From a virus (lineage: Duplodnaviria > Caudoviricetes), in the IMG/VR virus record IMGVR_UViG_3300033073_001332, positions 32,001 through 96,000 of that record: a stretch of 64,000 nucleotides of DNA. One strand, 5' to 3'. Positions 1 through 11,100 of the stretch are shown piece by piece. Within the stretch, counting starts at the first letter, position 1, and every line of letters begins with the position of its first letter. A model generated the notes under the pieces. That model was not told the DNA's origin. It did not search any database and saw only the letters and a list, made by a program, of their open reading frames with translations. Both the position numbers and the translations under genes were made by a program.

Positions 1-3000
1 TCAAGTGGTTCTTCAGGTACTAGTGGGACAAATGGAACGTCTGGAACTAATGGAACAAGTGGTTCATCAGGTTCTTCAGGTTCCAGCGGAACAAGCGGAA
101 CAAACGGTACTTCAGGTACAAATGGTACAAATGGAACTAACGGTTCTAATGGTACTAGTGGTTCTTCAGGAACTAGTGGAACTAACGGAACAAGTGGTAC
201 AAATGGAACTTCAGGTACTAATGGTACAAGTGGTTCTTCAGGTATAAATGGTACATCAGGGTCAAGTGGCTCTTCAGGTATAAATGGTACAAGTGGTACT
301 AATGGTACTTCCGGTACTAACGGAACGTCAGGAACTAATGGTACTTCAGGTACGAATGGTACTAGCGGCTCTTCAGGTTTGAGTGGTACATCGGGTAGTT
401 CAGGAACTAGTGGTTCATCAGGTTCTTCAGGAGTTAATGGAACTGCAGGCTCTTCAGGAACAAGTGGTGTTGATGGTGTAACAGGAACAAGTGGGACATC
501 AGGTACTAACGGTACTTCAGGTACGAATGGTACTAATGGTTCATCAGGAAGTAGTGGTAGTTCAGGTTTATCCGGAACATCAGGAAGCAGTGGGTCTTCA
601 GGGTTGAATGGTACTTCAGGTACAAATGGTACTAGCGGTTCATCAGGTAGTTCAGGTTCAAGTGGATTGAATGGTACTTCAGGTACAAATGGCACTAGCG
701 GTTCATCAGGTAGTTCAGGTTCAAGTGGATTGAATGGTACTTCAGGTACAAATGGTACTAGTGGTTCGTCAGGAACTTCGGGTAGTTCAGGTTCGAGTGG
801 AACTAGTGGTTCTAGCGGGTCTTCAGGTACAAATGGGACATCAGGGTCTTCAGGTTCAAGTGGGTCTTCAGGTATAAATGGTACGTCAGGTACAAACGGA
901 ACAAGTGGAACTAACGGAACAAGTGGTACGTCAGGCTCAAGCGGGTCTTCAGGTATAAATGGAACGTCAGGTACTAACGGAACTAGTGGAACATCAGGTT
1001 CAAGTGGTTCTTCAGGTTCATCTGGTTTAAATGGTACATCAGGTACAAACGGAACATCAGGTACAAACGGAACATCAGGTTCTTCAGGTTCTTCAGGGAC
1101 AAGCGGAACAAATGGTACATCAGGGACAAACGGAACATCAGGAACTTCAGGTAGTTCAGGTTCAAGCGGATTGAATGGAACTTCAGGCACTAATGGTACG
1201 AGTGGAACTTCAGGTTCAAGTGGGTCTTCAGGTTCTTCAGGTACAAGTGGAACAAATGGAACTTCAGGTTCAAGCGGAAGTAGTGGTTCATCAGGTATTA
1301 GCGGCACTAGTGGAACAAATGGTACTAGTGGGTCATCAGGTACTTCTGGCTCATCAGGAACATCAGGAACGAATGGTACAAGTGGAACAAACGGAACATC
1401 AGGTTCAAGTGGTAGTAGCGGAACATCAGGTAGTAGTGGTAGTTCAGGGTTAAATGGAACTTCGGGAACTAACGGTACAAGTGGTTCTTCAGGTTCTAGC
1501 GGCTCTAGCGGTTCGTCAGGAACAAGTGGAACTAACGGAACTTCAGGTACAAATGGAACTAACGGAACTTCAGGTACGAATGGGACTTCAGGTTCAAGTG
1601 GGTCTTCAGGTATAAATGGTACTTCTGGAACAAACGGCACTAGCGGGACAAACGGAACATCAGGAACTTCAGGTTCAAGTGGCTCATCAGGTATAAATGG
1701 AACTAGTGGTACCAATGGTACTAATGGAACATCGGGCTCAAGTGGTACTAGCGGAACATCAGGTAGTAGTGGAACTTCAGGTACTAATGGTACTTCGGGA
1801 ACGAACGGTACATCGGGAACTTCAGGTTCTAGTGGTTCTTCAGGAACTAATGGAACAAGTGGTACAAACGGAACTTCAGGAAGTAGTGGTAGCTCAGGTA
1901 CAAGTGGTACAAATGGTACATCAGGGTCTTCAGGTTCAAGCGGTTCTTCAGGGACTTCAGGAACAAATGGCACTAGTGGAACCAATGGTACTAATGGAAC
2001 ATCGGGTTCTAGTGGAAGTAGTGGTACGAGTGGTTCATCAGGTAGTTCGGGAATAAATGGTACATCAGGTACTAATGGTACATCCGGTACTTCTGGTTCA
2101 AGTGGTAGTTCAGGTTCTAGTGGTACATCTGGAACAAATGGTACTTCCGGTACTAATGGAACAAGCGGTTCTTCGGGTAGTAGTGGTACTAGTGGTAGTT
2201 CAGGTTCAAGTGGATTGAATGGTACTAGCGGTACAAATGGTACTTCAGGGACAAGTGGTTCATCAGGCTCATCAGGTTCTAGTGGAACATCAGGTACGAA
2301 TGGAACTAGCGGAACTAACGGAACAAGTGGTACATCAGGGTCTTCAGGTATAAATGGAACTTCTGGTACATCAGGAAGTTCAGGTTCAAGCGGAACATCA
2401 GGAAGCAGTGGGTCTTCAGGTACAAGTGGTGTAAGTGGAGCATCAGGTACTTCAGGAACTAATGGTACAAATGGAACTTCAGGTTCTTCAGGTTCTTCAG
2501 GAAGTAGTGGTATTAACGGTACTTCAGGAACAAACGGTACATCAGGAACTAACGGAACAAATGGTACTTCGGGAACAAATGGAACTAGTGGTACTAGCGG
2601 AAGTAGTGGAAGTTCAGGAACTAGTGGTACCAATGGTACATCAGGAACTAACGGAACATCAGGTACTAACGGAACATCAGGAACCTCAGGTTCAAGTGGT
2701 TCGTCAGGATTAAATGGTACTAGCGGTACAAATGGCACTTCTGGAACAAATGGGACTAGCGGCACTTCAGGTTCAAGTGGTTCTTCAGGAATAAACGGTA
2801 CTTCAGGTACAAATGGTACTAGTGGTACTAACGGAACATCAGGTACTAGTGGTAGTTCAGGTTCTTCGGGAATCAATGGAACTTCAGGTACAAACGGAAC
2901 TAATGGGACATCAGGAACAAATGGAACATCAGGAACAAGTGGAAGTTCGGGTTCATCAGGAATAAATGGGACTTCAGGAACTAGTGGTTCATCTGGCTCA

Positions 3001-6000
3001 AGCGGAACGTCAGGTACAAATGGAACTAGCGGAACAAACGGTACAAATGGGACTAGTGGTACTTCGGGAAGTTCAGGTTCATCAGGATTGAATGGTACTA
3101 GTGGAACTAACGGGACTAGCGGCACATCGGGGTCTTCAGGTAGTAGTGGTTCGTCAGGTAGTTCAGGTACTAGTGGTACAAACGGTACTTCGGGCACAAA
3201 CGGTACCAATGGAACTAGCGGTACATCAGGAAGTTCAGGTTCATCAGGTATAAATGGTACTAGCGGTACAAATGGTACTTCTGGAACTAATGGTACGAGT
3301 GGGACTTCAGGTTCTTCAGGTAGTTCAGGTACTAGTGGAACAAACGGTACTTCAGGTACTAATGGTACAAACGGTACTAATGGAACTAGCGGTTCAAGTG
3401 GGTCTTCAGGATTGAATGGTACATCAGGTACTAACGGTACTAGCGGTGTTAATGGAACATCAGGAACGAGTGGAAGTTCAGGTTCATCAGGATTGAACGG
3501 TACTAGTGGTACAAATGGTACATCAGGTGCGAACGGAACATCTGGTACGAGTGGTTCATCCGGTAGTTCCGGATTGAATGGTACGTCAGGTACTAACGGA
3601 ACTTCAGGTACTAACGGCACTTCAGGAACTAATGGTACGAATGGTACAAGCGGAACAAATGGTACATCAGGTGCGAACGGAACATCTGGTACGAGTGGTA
3701 GTTCAGGTTCTTCAGGCACAAATGGAACATCAGGAACTAATGGAACAAGTGGTGTAAACGGTACATCGGGTACAAGCGGTTCTTCAGGTTCAAGTGGTAC
3801 GTCAGGTACTAATGGTACGAGTGGTACGAATGGAACATCAGGTGTTAACGGAACAAGTGGTACATCAGGCTCAAGTGGAAGTTCAGGTACTTCAGGAACT
3901 AACGGTACAAGCGGTACAAACGGGACTTCAGGTACTAGTGGTACAAATGGTACATCAGGAGTGAATGGAACTTCAGGTACTAGTGGTAGTTCGGGGTCAA
4001 GTGGAACTTCAGGTTCATCTGGTTCGAGTGGAACTTCTGGTACATCGGGTTCGAGTGGGACTTCAGGTACGAGTGGTAGTTCAGGTTCTAGTGGTTCTTC
4101 AGGTTCTAGTGGAACATCAGGTTCTAGTGGTAGAAACGGAACTAATGGTACTAACGGAACTTCAGGTACAAACGGTACTAATGGTACTAGCGGTACAAAC
4201 GGTACTTCAGGAACTAATGGTACCAATGGTACTAGCGGTACAAATGGTACTTCAGGTACTAACGGCACAAATGGGACATCAGGTACAAGTGGTTCATCAG
4301 GTTCAAGTGGTACTTCAGGAACAAACGGAACTAGTGGTGTAAATGGTACGTCAGGTACAAGTGGTTCATCAGGCTCAAGCGGAACATCAGGTACTAATGG
4401 TACTAGTGGCGTAAATGGAGCTAACGGTACATCAGGAACCAACGGAACTTCAGGTACAAACGGAACGAATGGAACTAGTGGTGTGAATGGAGCTAACGGT
4501 ACATCAGGAACAAATGGAACTAGTGGTTTGAATGGTGCTAACGGAACTTCAGGTACAAATGGAACTTCAGGGACAAACGGAACGAATGGTACTAGTGGTA
4601 CTAACGGAACATCAGGTACAAATGGCACTAGTGGTGTGAATGGAACAAGCGGTTCTTCGGGTTCAAGTGGTTCATCGGGTAGTTCAGGTTCATCGGGTAC
4701 TAGTGGAACAAATGGTACTTCAGGTTTATCAGGAGCTGCGGGTACTTCTGGAACTTCAGGTACTAATGGAACAAACGGAACTAGTGGTGCGAATGGTACT
4801 AATGGAACAAACGGAACTAGTGGTGTAAATGGGGCTAATGGTACAAACGGTACTAACGGAACTAGTGGTGTAAATGGAGCTAACGGGACTTCAGGTTCTA
4901 GCGGTTCTTCTGGTAGTTCAGGAACTAGCGGTGCTAACGGAGCTAATGGAACAAGCGGTTCTTCAGGTTCTTCAGGAACAAGTGGTGCCAACGGAGCTAA
5001 CGGAACTAATGGTACCAATGGAACATCAGGTTCAAGTGGTTCATCAGGTTCAAGTGGCTCATCAGGCACTAGCGGTGTAAATGGTGCTAACGGAACTAAT
5101 GGTACTAATGGAACAAGTGGTGTAAATGGAGCTAACGGAACAAATGGTACTAATGGAACAAGCGGTACAAATGGTACGAGCGGTGTGAATGGTGCTAATG
5201 GTACAAACGGTACGAGTGGTGTGAATGGGGCTAATGGTACATCAGGAACAAGCGGTTCTTCAGGTAGTTCAGGTTCTAGTGGTATTGATGGTCGAAGCGG
5301 TTCAAGTGGGGTAAGTGGTACAAATGGTACGAGTGGAACAAATGGAACGTCGGGAACTAATGGGACTTCAGGTACGAACGGAACGTCAGGTTCAAGTGGT
5401 AGTTCTGGAACTTCAGGTTTAGCAACACAAGTTGACGTACTTACTGGTACATCTGCAGGTCTTACATGGACTGAACCGGCAAATGCTAAAGCGGTATACG
5501 TAATGTGTATTGGTGGTGGTGCTGGTGGTGGTTCAGGAAGAAGAGGTTCTTCAGGGCTTGTTCGTGGAGGCGGCGGAGGCGGCGGAGGCGGAGGTATGAG
5601 TTTTGCAACCTTTAATGCGTCTGTTGTTTCTTCACCTGTTGCTTACACTTGTGGTACGGGCGGTGCTGGTGCTGGTTCAGTTGCTGTTGATAACACGAAT
5701 GGCTCAAACGGAGTTCAAGGGGGTCAAACAAACTTTGGAACGTTAATACTTGCTACAGGTGGCCTTGGTGGTGGGGGTGGTACTGCTTTAGGTAGTGGTG
5801 GAGCACCATCAGGCGCTAGTGGTTTAGGAATGATTTCAGCAGGAGGAACGGGACCTACGTCAAGTAGTACAGGAGCGGCAGGAACGATAGGAGGTTCTGC
5901 TAACTTTGCAGGTGGTTCTGGTGCTTCAGGAGGAGGAATTACAACAGGTAACGCGACAAGTGCAGGTGGTGTAGGTGGTACTGTTACATTTATCACGGGT

Positions 6001-6252
6001 GGTGCTGTTGGTGGAACTGCAGGTGCTGCTGGTGGTGGTGTCGGTGGTGCTGGAAACACAAATACACCTTCTTATATTGGTACTGGAGGTGGTGGTGGTG
6101 GTTCTAACACTGGAGGAAATGCAGGTGCTGGTGGAAACGGTGGTCTTTACGGTGGTGGAGGTGGAGGCGGTGGTGCTTCGACAAACGGTTTCGGAAGCGG
6201 CGGTGGAGGCGGCGGCGCTCAAGGTATGATTTTAGTTATCACATATTTTTAA
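1..6252 (+). CDS. Giant Gly-X-Y (GTS/GTN/GSS) repeat protein with C-terminal glycine-rich domain; putative virion fibre/decoration protein, 5'-truncated by the window
   Basis: Frame 1 is open from base 1 (tca agt ggt tct tca ggt = SSGSSG), so the 379 start is artificial. Gly occurs at every third residue until ~5420. A phage-type glycine-rich domain follows (WTEPANAKAVYVMCIGGGAGGGSG...GGGGAQGMILVITYF). Confidence 0.9.
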   Translation, partial: SSGSSGTSGTNGTSGTNGTSGSSGSSGSSGTSGTNGTSGTNGTNGTNGSNGTSGSSGTSGTNGTSGTNGTSGTNGTSGSSGINGTSGSSGSSGINGTSGTNGTSGTNGTSGTNGTSGTNGTSGSSGLSGTSGSSGTSGSSGSSGVNGTAGSSGTSGVDGVTGTSGTSGTNGTSGTNGTNGSSGSSGSSGLSGTSGSSGSSGLNGTSGTNGTSGSSGSSGSSGLNGTSGTNGTSGSSGSSGSSGLNGTSGTNGTSGSSGTSGSSGSSGTSGSSGSSGTNGTSGSSGSSGSSGINGTSGTNGTSGTNGTSGTSGSSGSSGINGTSGTNGTSGTSGSSGSSGSSGLNGTSGTNGTSGTNGTSGSSGSSGTSGTNGTSGTNGTSGTSGSSGSSGLNGTSGTNGTSGTSGSSGSSGSSGTSGTNGTSGSSGSSGSSGISGTSGTNGTSGSSGTSGSSGTSGTNGTSGTNGTSGSSGSSGTSGSSGSSGLNGTSGTNGTSGSSGSSGSSGSSGTSGTNGTSGTNGTNGTSGTNGTSGSSGSSGINGTSGTNGTSGTNGTSGTSGSSGSSGINGTSGTNGTNGTSGSSGTSGTSGSSGTSGTNGTSGTNGTSGTSGSSGSSGTNGTSGTNGTSGSSGSSGTSGTNGTSGSSGSSGSSGTSGTNGTSGTNGTNGTSGSSGSSGTSGSSGSSGINGTSGTNGTSGTSGSSGSSGSSGTSGTNGTSGTNGTSGSSGSSGTSGSSGSSGLNGTSGTNGTSGTSGSSGSSGSSGTSGTNGTSGTNGTSGTSGSSGINGTSGTSGSSGSSGTSGSSGSSGTSGVSGASGTSGTNGTNGTSGSSGSSGSSGINGTSGTNGTSGTNGTNGTSGTNGTSGTSGSSGSSGTSGTNGTSGTNGTSGTNGTSGTSGSSGSSGLNGTSGTNGTSGTNGTSGTSGSSGSSGINGTSGTNGTSGTNGTSGTSGSSGSSGINGTSGTNGTNGTSGTNGTSGTSGSSGSSGINGTSGTSGSSGSSGTSGTNGTSGTNGTNGTSGTSGSSGSSGLNGTSGTNGTSGTSGSSGSSGSSGSSGTSGTNGTSGTNGTNGTSGTSGSSGSSGINGTSGTNGTSGTNGTSGTSGSSGSSGTSGTNGTSGTNGTNGTNGTSGSSGSSGLNGTSGTNGTSGVNGTSGTSGSSGSSGLNGTSGTNGTSGANGTSGTSGSSGSSGLNGTSGTNGTSGTNGTSGTNGTNGTSGTNGTSGANGTSGTSGSSGSSGTNGTSGTNGTSGVNGTSGTSGSSGSSGTSGTNGTSGTNGTSGVNGTSGTSGSSGSSGTSGTNGTSGTNGTSGTSGTNGTSGVNGTSGTSGSSGSSGTSGSSGSSGTSGTSGSSGTSGTSGSSGSSGSSGSSGTSGSSGRNGTNGTNGTSGTNGTNGTSGTNGTSGTNGTNGTSGTNGTSGTNGTNGTSGTSGSSGSSGTSGTNGTSGVNGTSGTSGSSGSSGTSGTNGTSGVNGANGTSGTNGTSGTNGTNGTSGVNGANGTSGTNGTSGLNGANGTSGTNGTSGTNGTNGTSGTNGTSGTNGTSGVNGTSGSSGSSGSSGSSGSSGTSGTNGTSGLSGAAGTSGTSGTNGTNGTSGANGTNGTNGTSGVNGANGTNGTNGTSGVNGANGTSGSSGSSGSSGTSGANGANGTSGSSGSSGTSGANGANGTNGTNGTSGSSGSSGSSGSSGTSGVNGANGTNGTNGTSGVNGANGTNGTNGTSGTNGTSGVNGANGTNGTSGVNGANGTSGTSGSSGSSGSSGIDGRSGSSGVSGTNGTSGTNGTSGTNGTSGTNGTSGSSGSSGTSGLATQVDVLTGTSAGLTWTEPANAKAVYVMCIGGGAGGGSGRRGSSGLVRGGGGGGGGGGMSFATFNASVVSSPVAYTCGTGGAGAGSVAVDNTNGSNGVQGGQTNFGTLILATGGLGGGGGTALGSGGAPSGASGLGMISAGGTGPTSSSTGAAGTIGGSANFAGGSGASGGGITTGNATSAGGVGGTVTFITGGAVGGTAGAAGGGVGGAGNTNTPSYIGTGGGGGGSNTGGNAGAGGNGGLYGGGGGGGGASTNGFGSGGGGGGAQGMILVITYF
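604..767 (+). repeat. 63-bp near-perfect tandem repeat (~2.6 copies) inside the repeat gene
   Basis: ttgaatggtacttcaggtacaaatgg(t/c)actagcggttcatcaggtagttcaggttcaagtgga starts at 604 and 667, with a partial copy at 730. Confidence 0.85.
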
Positions 6253-8173
6253 TAGAGATATAAAAATCATAATATTTGCTACTAAAATCTTCATTGCAAG
6301 ACTTAATTTCATGGTTAGATTTATTGAATAAAGTGGTTTTAACTTGATTAATCATAACACCGACATTATCCGATAAAACACTTTCAAAATCATTATTTAG
6401 AATTTTAGGTGATGTCTTTAAAATGGATTTACCATATGTTATAAATTCGTATGGTAAACTATTAGTGTTGGTTGTAAAATCTAAAACTAAATCAGACATT
6501 AAAATAAAATCGTTATAATCCACACTTTCCAACCATAATCTACAATAAGTTGGTAATTTCATAATTACTTTTTTACTTTCTTCATCTTCATAATTTAAGT
6601 AATCAAAAAAATGAAATTCAACATTATTATTATATTGAAATGAATTGATTATTTTTTGTAAATTTTTAGGAATATCATATATATCATCAACAAAGCATAT
6701 TATATGTTTATGAGTATAATCTAATGAATATAATAAACAAGTTTTTATTTTTTCATGAAGTGGAATTTCATTTTTATTAAAATCATACCCCATATTTGGT
6801 ATATAAGATAATATGTTATTAGGCAATGGATAATCTATTTTTAAATCTTTATTAACATTAGAAAATAAATTAATCCCATCTTCTGATTTTATCACTTTCA
6901 AGTTTTGATTATTAAAAATTAAAGACATTAAATCATTAAATAATACATCATAGTTTGATGATTCATATTGACAGATATCAATATTATTTTTATTAATAAG
7001 ATTTAAAATTGATTCTATATTTTTATCAATTGTAATAAAATTTTTACTACCTATTATATTAATAATTTTATTAATCAAAGGTTGGTTATTTTTACCTTTA
7101 CCATTAAAATTTACTACGAAAAATTCAATACCCAAATCGGTATTATAAAGATATTGGATTCTTTTAAGTAAAATGTTGGTTTGACTATTTGTTATTATTT
7201 GAGGTATAAATAACATTACCTTGATTCTATCTTTATTGAATTTTTTAGTTGGTAAAATAATACCTGAGGTTTTTTCTATTAATTCTAAAACATCAGATAA
7301 ATCAAACTTATCTAAATCGTATTCTTTTGTTGTTATATATAACGTTTTAAAAATCTCCTCAAGTATATTACCATAACCAAAACTTTTTTTCAATCCCCAA
7401 ACATGTTTAATTTTATTAAAATTAAAATAATGATTTTCGTTCCACTCAGTTACAGGTGGACTCCATAAATTTGGGTGAAATACGTCATCAACAATGTATG
7501 AATTAAATTTTTGAGACATTAGAAGTCCGTAATCTTTTTGGTCTTTAGTTGATTTCATTGGCAACAACCATTGTTCTAAAAACGTAGTTTTTTGTGTGTT
7601 TGTTAATTCACACTCTTTGTTTTCGGATAAAATCTCATAAACAATTTCATACCAAGAGTCCAATAAGTTTTTATCATTCCAAAGTAGTAAAGCAACATTT
7701 GTTGGATTAACATTTAAGTCAAAATAATTAATATATTTTTCAGGAACAAAACTATCGAAATTAACATAAAAATTATATGGCTGAGACCAATCATAATTTT
7801 CTTCGTGGTATGCAACAAAAGATTTACTTAAGTCAAATTCTAACTCATCAGTTAACCACAAATCAGTATCAACCATAACAAAAGGTGGTTCTAACTTTGA
7901 GGAAATATATATCTTACAAAAACTCCAACAATTACTTCTATCTATATTTTTTGGGATGATATCAATTAACGAGGTATCAATTTTATCATATATTTTATCA
8001 ACTCCCCATTTTTTCAAACTTTCTAAATGTTCTTCATTACAATAAAGTTCAATCCTTCCATGATGTTTTTTCCATGTTAGTGCAGATATTGCTTGAATTG
8101 CAATTAATTCATCCTCCCATTCAATAGGACCTAATTTTTCAAAAACATGAACTCCTGTTAATTGTTGACCCAT
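6239..8173 (-). CDS. Glycosyltransferase-like protein: N-terminal GT-A/DUF6734-like domain plus degenerate GT4-like domain
   Basis: N-half has a DTD (DxD) motif and AISALTWKKHHGRIELYC. The C-half aligns by eye with the GT4 domain of the neighbouring 1527-aa protein. Confidence 0.65.
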   Translation of the reverse strand: MGQQLTGVHVFEKLGPIEWEDELIAIQAISALTWKKHHGRIELYCNEEHLESLKKWGVDKIYDKIDTSLIDIIPKNIDRSNCWSFCKIYISSKLEPPFVMVDTDLWLTDELEFDLSKSFVAYHEENYDWSQPYNFYVNFDSFVPEKYINYFDLNVNPTNVALLLWNDKNLLDSWYEIVYEILSENKECELTNTQKTTFLEQWLLPMKSTKDQKDYGLLMSQKFNSYIVDDVFHPNLWSPPVTEWNENHYFNFNKIKHVWGLKKSFGYGNILEEIFKTLYITTKEYDLDKFDLSDVLELIEKTSGIILPTKKFNKDRIKVMLFIPQIITNSQTNILLKRIQYLYNTDLGIEFFVVNFNGKGKNNQPLINKIINIIGSKNFITIDKNIESILNLINKNNIDICQYESSNYDVLFNDLMSLIFNNQNLKVIKSEDGINLFSNVNKDLKIDYPLPNNILSYIPNMGYDFNKNEIPLHEKIKTCLLYSLDYTHKHIICFVDDIYDIPKNLQKIINSFQYNNNVEFHFFDYLNYEDEESKKVIMKLPTYCRLWLESVDYNDFILMSDLVLDFTTNTNSLPYEFITYGKSILKTSPKILNNDFESVLSDNVGVMINQVKTTLFNKSNHEIKSCNEDFSSKYYDFYISIKNM

Positions 8174-8175
8174 AC

Positions 8176-11100
8176 TTAGTTTTTAATGTATAAAATAACT
8201 TCAAAATAGTATTCAATAAAATGCTCATTCCATAAATCCCATTTTATATCAACACCATCAACTGAATAAACTTCGTAGTTTTCAAATTGTGGTAAGATAT
8301 TATCTCTAAAATATCTAAATCTAACTTTATCTTTTTGACTTCTTAAATGCCATTCACCTGCAATTTTTTTAATGTTTTGTTTAATGAATGGTATATTTTC
8401 TTGTTTGAAAATTTCATATTCTCCACCTTCACAATCCGTCTTTAAAAAATCAATTTTTTGTAAACCATAAAGATTAACCAACTTATCAAATGTTATTGAT
8501 TCCATATGTGATTCACCTCCGAATAATTGGTCACATTCAACAATGCCATTGGTGTCAGATAAACCTTTGTTGATGTGAGTTACAGGGTGACCTATTGTGT
8601 TTTTAATAAGTGTTGTAAATTCACTTTCACTTGGTTCTACACAAAATACATGTTTTGGTTTTTTATGTAAAATTGAATATGTAAATGGTCCGATACTTGC
8701 TCCAACATCCAAAACAACATCACCTTTTTCGACCTCAAAGAATTTCTCATAAATGTTATTATTAAAAATTTCTTCTGTTATTGCACCTTTATGGAATTCT
8801 GCCAATTCTCTATCTGTGTCCATCCAACCCCAATCAAATTCAGATTTTGTAATAATTTCTTCTTTTGTTGGTTCTTCTTTGTTTATTATTTTTTCAATTC
8901 GTTCAATAACCATTTGGGAAGTTATTTCTTTTGTACACTCAAATTGTTTTTTAGTTCCTTTATGTTTTGGACACCAATTCCAATCACCAGCATCTAATCT
9001 ATTCCAATTAAAACATCCGTGACATACATTTTCATTAATCACTCTATATGTATCTAATGTTGTTTCTGCCCATTTTTCACTAAATCCTGAAATCAAAACA
9101 ACAGGTAATTCACACGCCCAAGCCAACCACGAAAGACCTGAACCTAAACCGATAAAGAACTCACAAGTTGATAAATCATTAATTACTTCTTGAACTGAAC
9201 CTCCTTTGAATTTTGTAACTCCTTTTGGATGTTTATTACCCATATACCCATCTTCTTCTCTTGAATATATCATAACTTCATATCCTAAGTTTTTTAAATA
9301 ATCAACAACTTCTTGCCATCCCGTTGGGTTGTTCCAATATTTTGCTTGTGCCGTTGAGTGAACTCCAATGCCGACTTTTTTCTTTTTTTCTACTTTTGGT
9401 AAATTAAGTTTCGGTCTAATTTCTTTATAATCTAATCCTAAAATATCCGATGCGCATTGTTGTAATGGAATTTGTTTGAAATCTGTTTTATGAACATTTC
9501 GGTCCCAATTCTCATCTGTACCCTCCTCTTCTGTGTAATACCAACCAATATTATATTGTGCTACAATATTGTTTACAACGGTTCCTGGCTCAACAAATTG
9601 AATTTCAGGGTATTGGTCTTTGAATAAGTCATTTAAGAATGTGCAAACAATTAATTCACATTGGTGTTTCTTTCTAAACTCCTCAACATATGGGAACCAA
9701 GATAAAGTATCACCTAACGATTTAGAACCAAATGAAATGAAAACCCTTTTATTTTTGTAATCATTTGTATTCGTATAAATTAATTCATCATTTTCTCTAA
9801 CCTCAACTCTCCAATTCGTATAATATTGTTTATTCATTTTAACCCAACTATTAATACCAATATCTTGATTATAAACAAGTTGGTTGTTGTCAAAAAATCT
9901 TATGTTTAGTTTATTGTCCGTCTTACCGTTGATTTCTAAATACGGATTAATTATGTAATGATTTAAAATACTATAATCATTTTTAATTTCTTCATTTTTC
10001 ATAAAATCTAATTCTAACACTTTTTTATAAAATTTAAGTAAATCACCACCCAAGTCAGATTTTTCTTTTAGTTGGTAGGTTTCTTTATTTTTAATCAATG
10101 ATAATAACTTATCTGATTTTAAATCAATTGTGTCAGAATCATTTATTTCTGTAATATAACCATCAAACATACCCATATATTGAGGTAAATTTCTAGCCAT
10201 TATTTTCATTCCATAACTTGCAGCTTCTCTAATAACCAATGGATTACACTCCCATGTTGAGTTAAACATTAAAACATCACAAGCCCTCATAAAATCATCC
10301 ACATCATTTCGTTCATACCATACCGTTACATTTGGTGGTAAGTTTTGCATGATAGGGGACCAATAATCTTCAAAGTTCGGTGCTTGGTTCCCTAAAAAAT
10401 GGAAATGAACATCTTTATTTTTTTCCCATAAATTTCTTGCGATTTCAACACCTTCACCTTGATTTTTACCTGATGTCCACAAACCAACATTCAACACATG
10501 AGTTTTGAAAAGGTCTAATCCTAATTTTTCTCTTTTGTTAATTTTTTCAATCATTGGGACTTTGAATTCATCGTTGTAGATTTGGTGACTTTCCTTTATT
10601 TCTGAAACAAAATCTTCAATCGGATAAAGGTGTAGTTCTTTATATGAAGGTTCGTTTTTAAATGTTTCTTTTAAATGAAATGGAGTTACAAGTGAATATG
10701 CATCTGGTCTAACTTTTCTATTTGCAGGATTAAACCAAATATTATGACACGACTCAACAATTTTCCAAGTCCTATCATTTGAAAAAATACCATTTAATAA
10801 AGTTTTTGAAACTCTGTTAAACTCTTCAAAGCCTTCACTTATTTCTTCAAAATGAACAATATCAATATTGTTATCTCTGATTATATCAATAAGTCTTTCT
10901 TTTTTCTCTTCTTCTTTTTCTTCGCCAATAACACTTAAATTGAAGAAATGATTTTCATCAAATAAATCTAATATTTGATTTCTTTGAACAATATACGTCC
11001 CGCTAAATAAACAAAACTCAACTAAAAATATTTCTAATTCATCTTTATGTTTTTGTAACTCCTGTATTCTTTTTAAAAGGAATTGTGGCATACCTCCTGT

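Noticed and set aside
379-381. Start codon of the 1957-aa ORF
   Set aside because: It is an internal TTG; the frame is open to base 1, so the gene begins upstream of the window
5-5080. Many short + strand ORFs of the MELQVLVVQ type and a - strand ORF at 983-1165
   Set aside because: Shadow frames of the Gly-X-Y repeat gene; they have no independent starts or domains
1-5420. Possible CRISPR array or satellite DNA
   Set aside because: No constant repeat with unique spacers; the periodicity is codon-based with synonymous variation
5724-6229. Pro-rich and Thr/Ser-rich alternative ORFs
   Set aside because: Antisense or shifted readings of the glycine-rich domain
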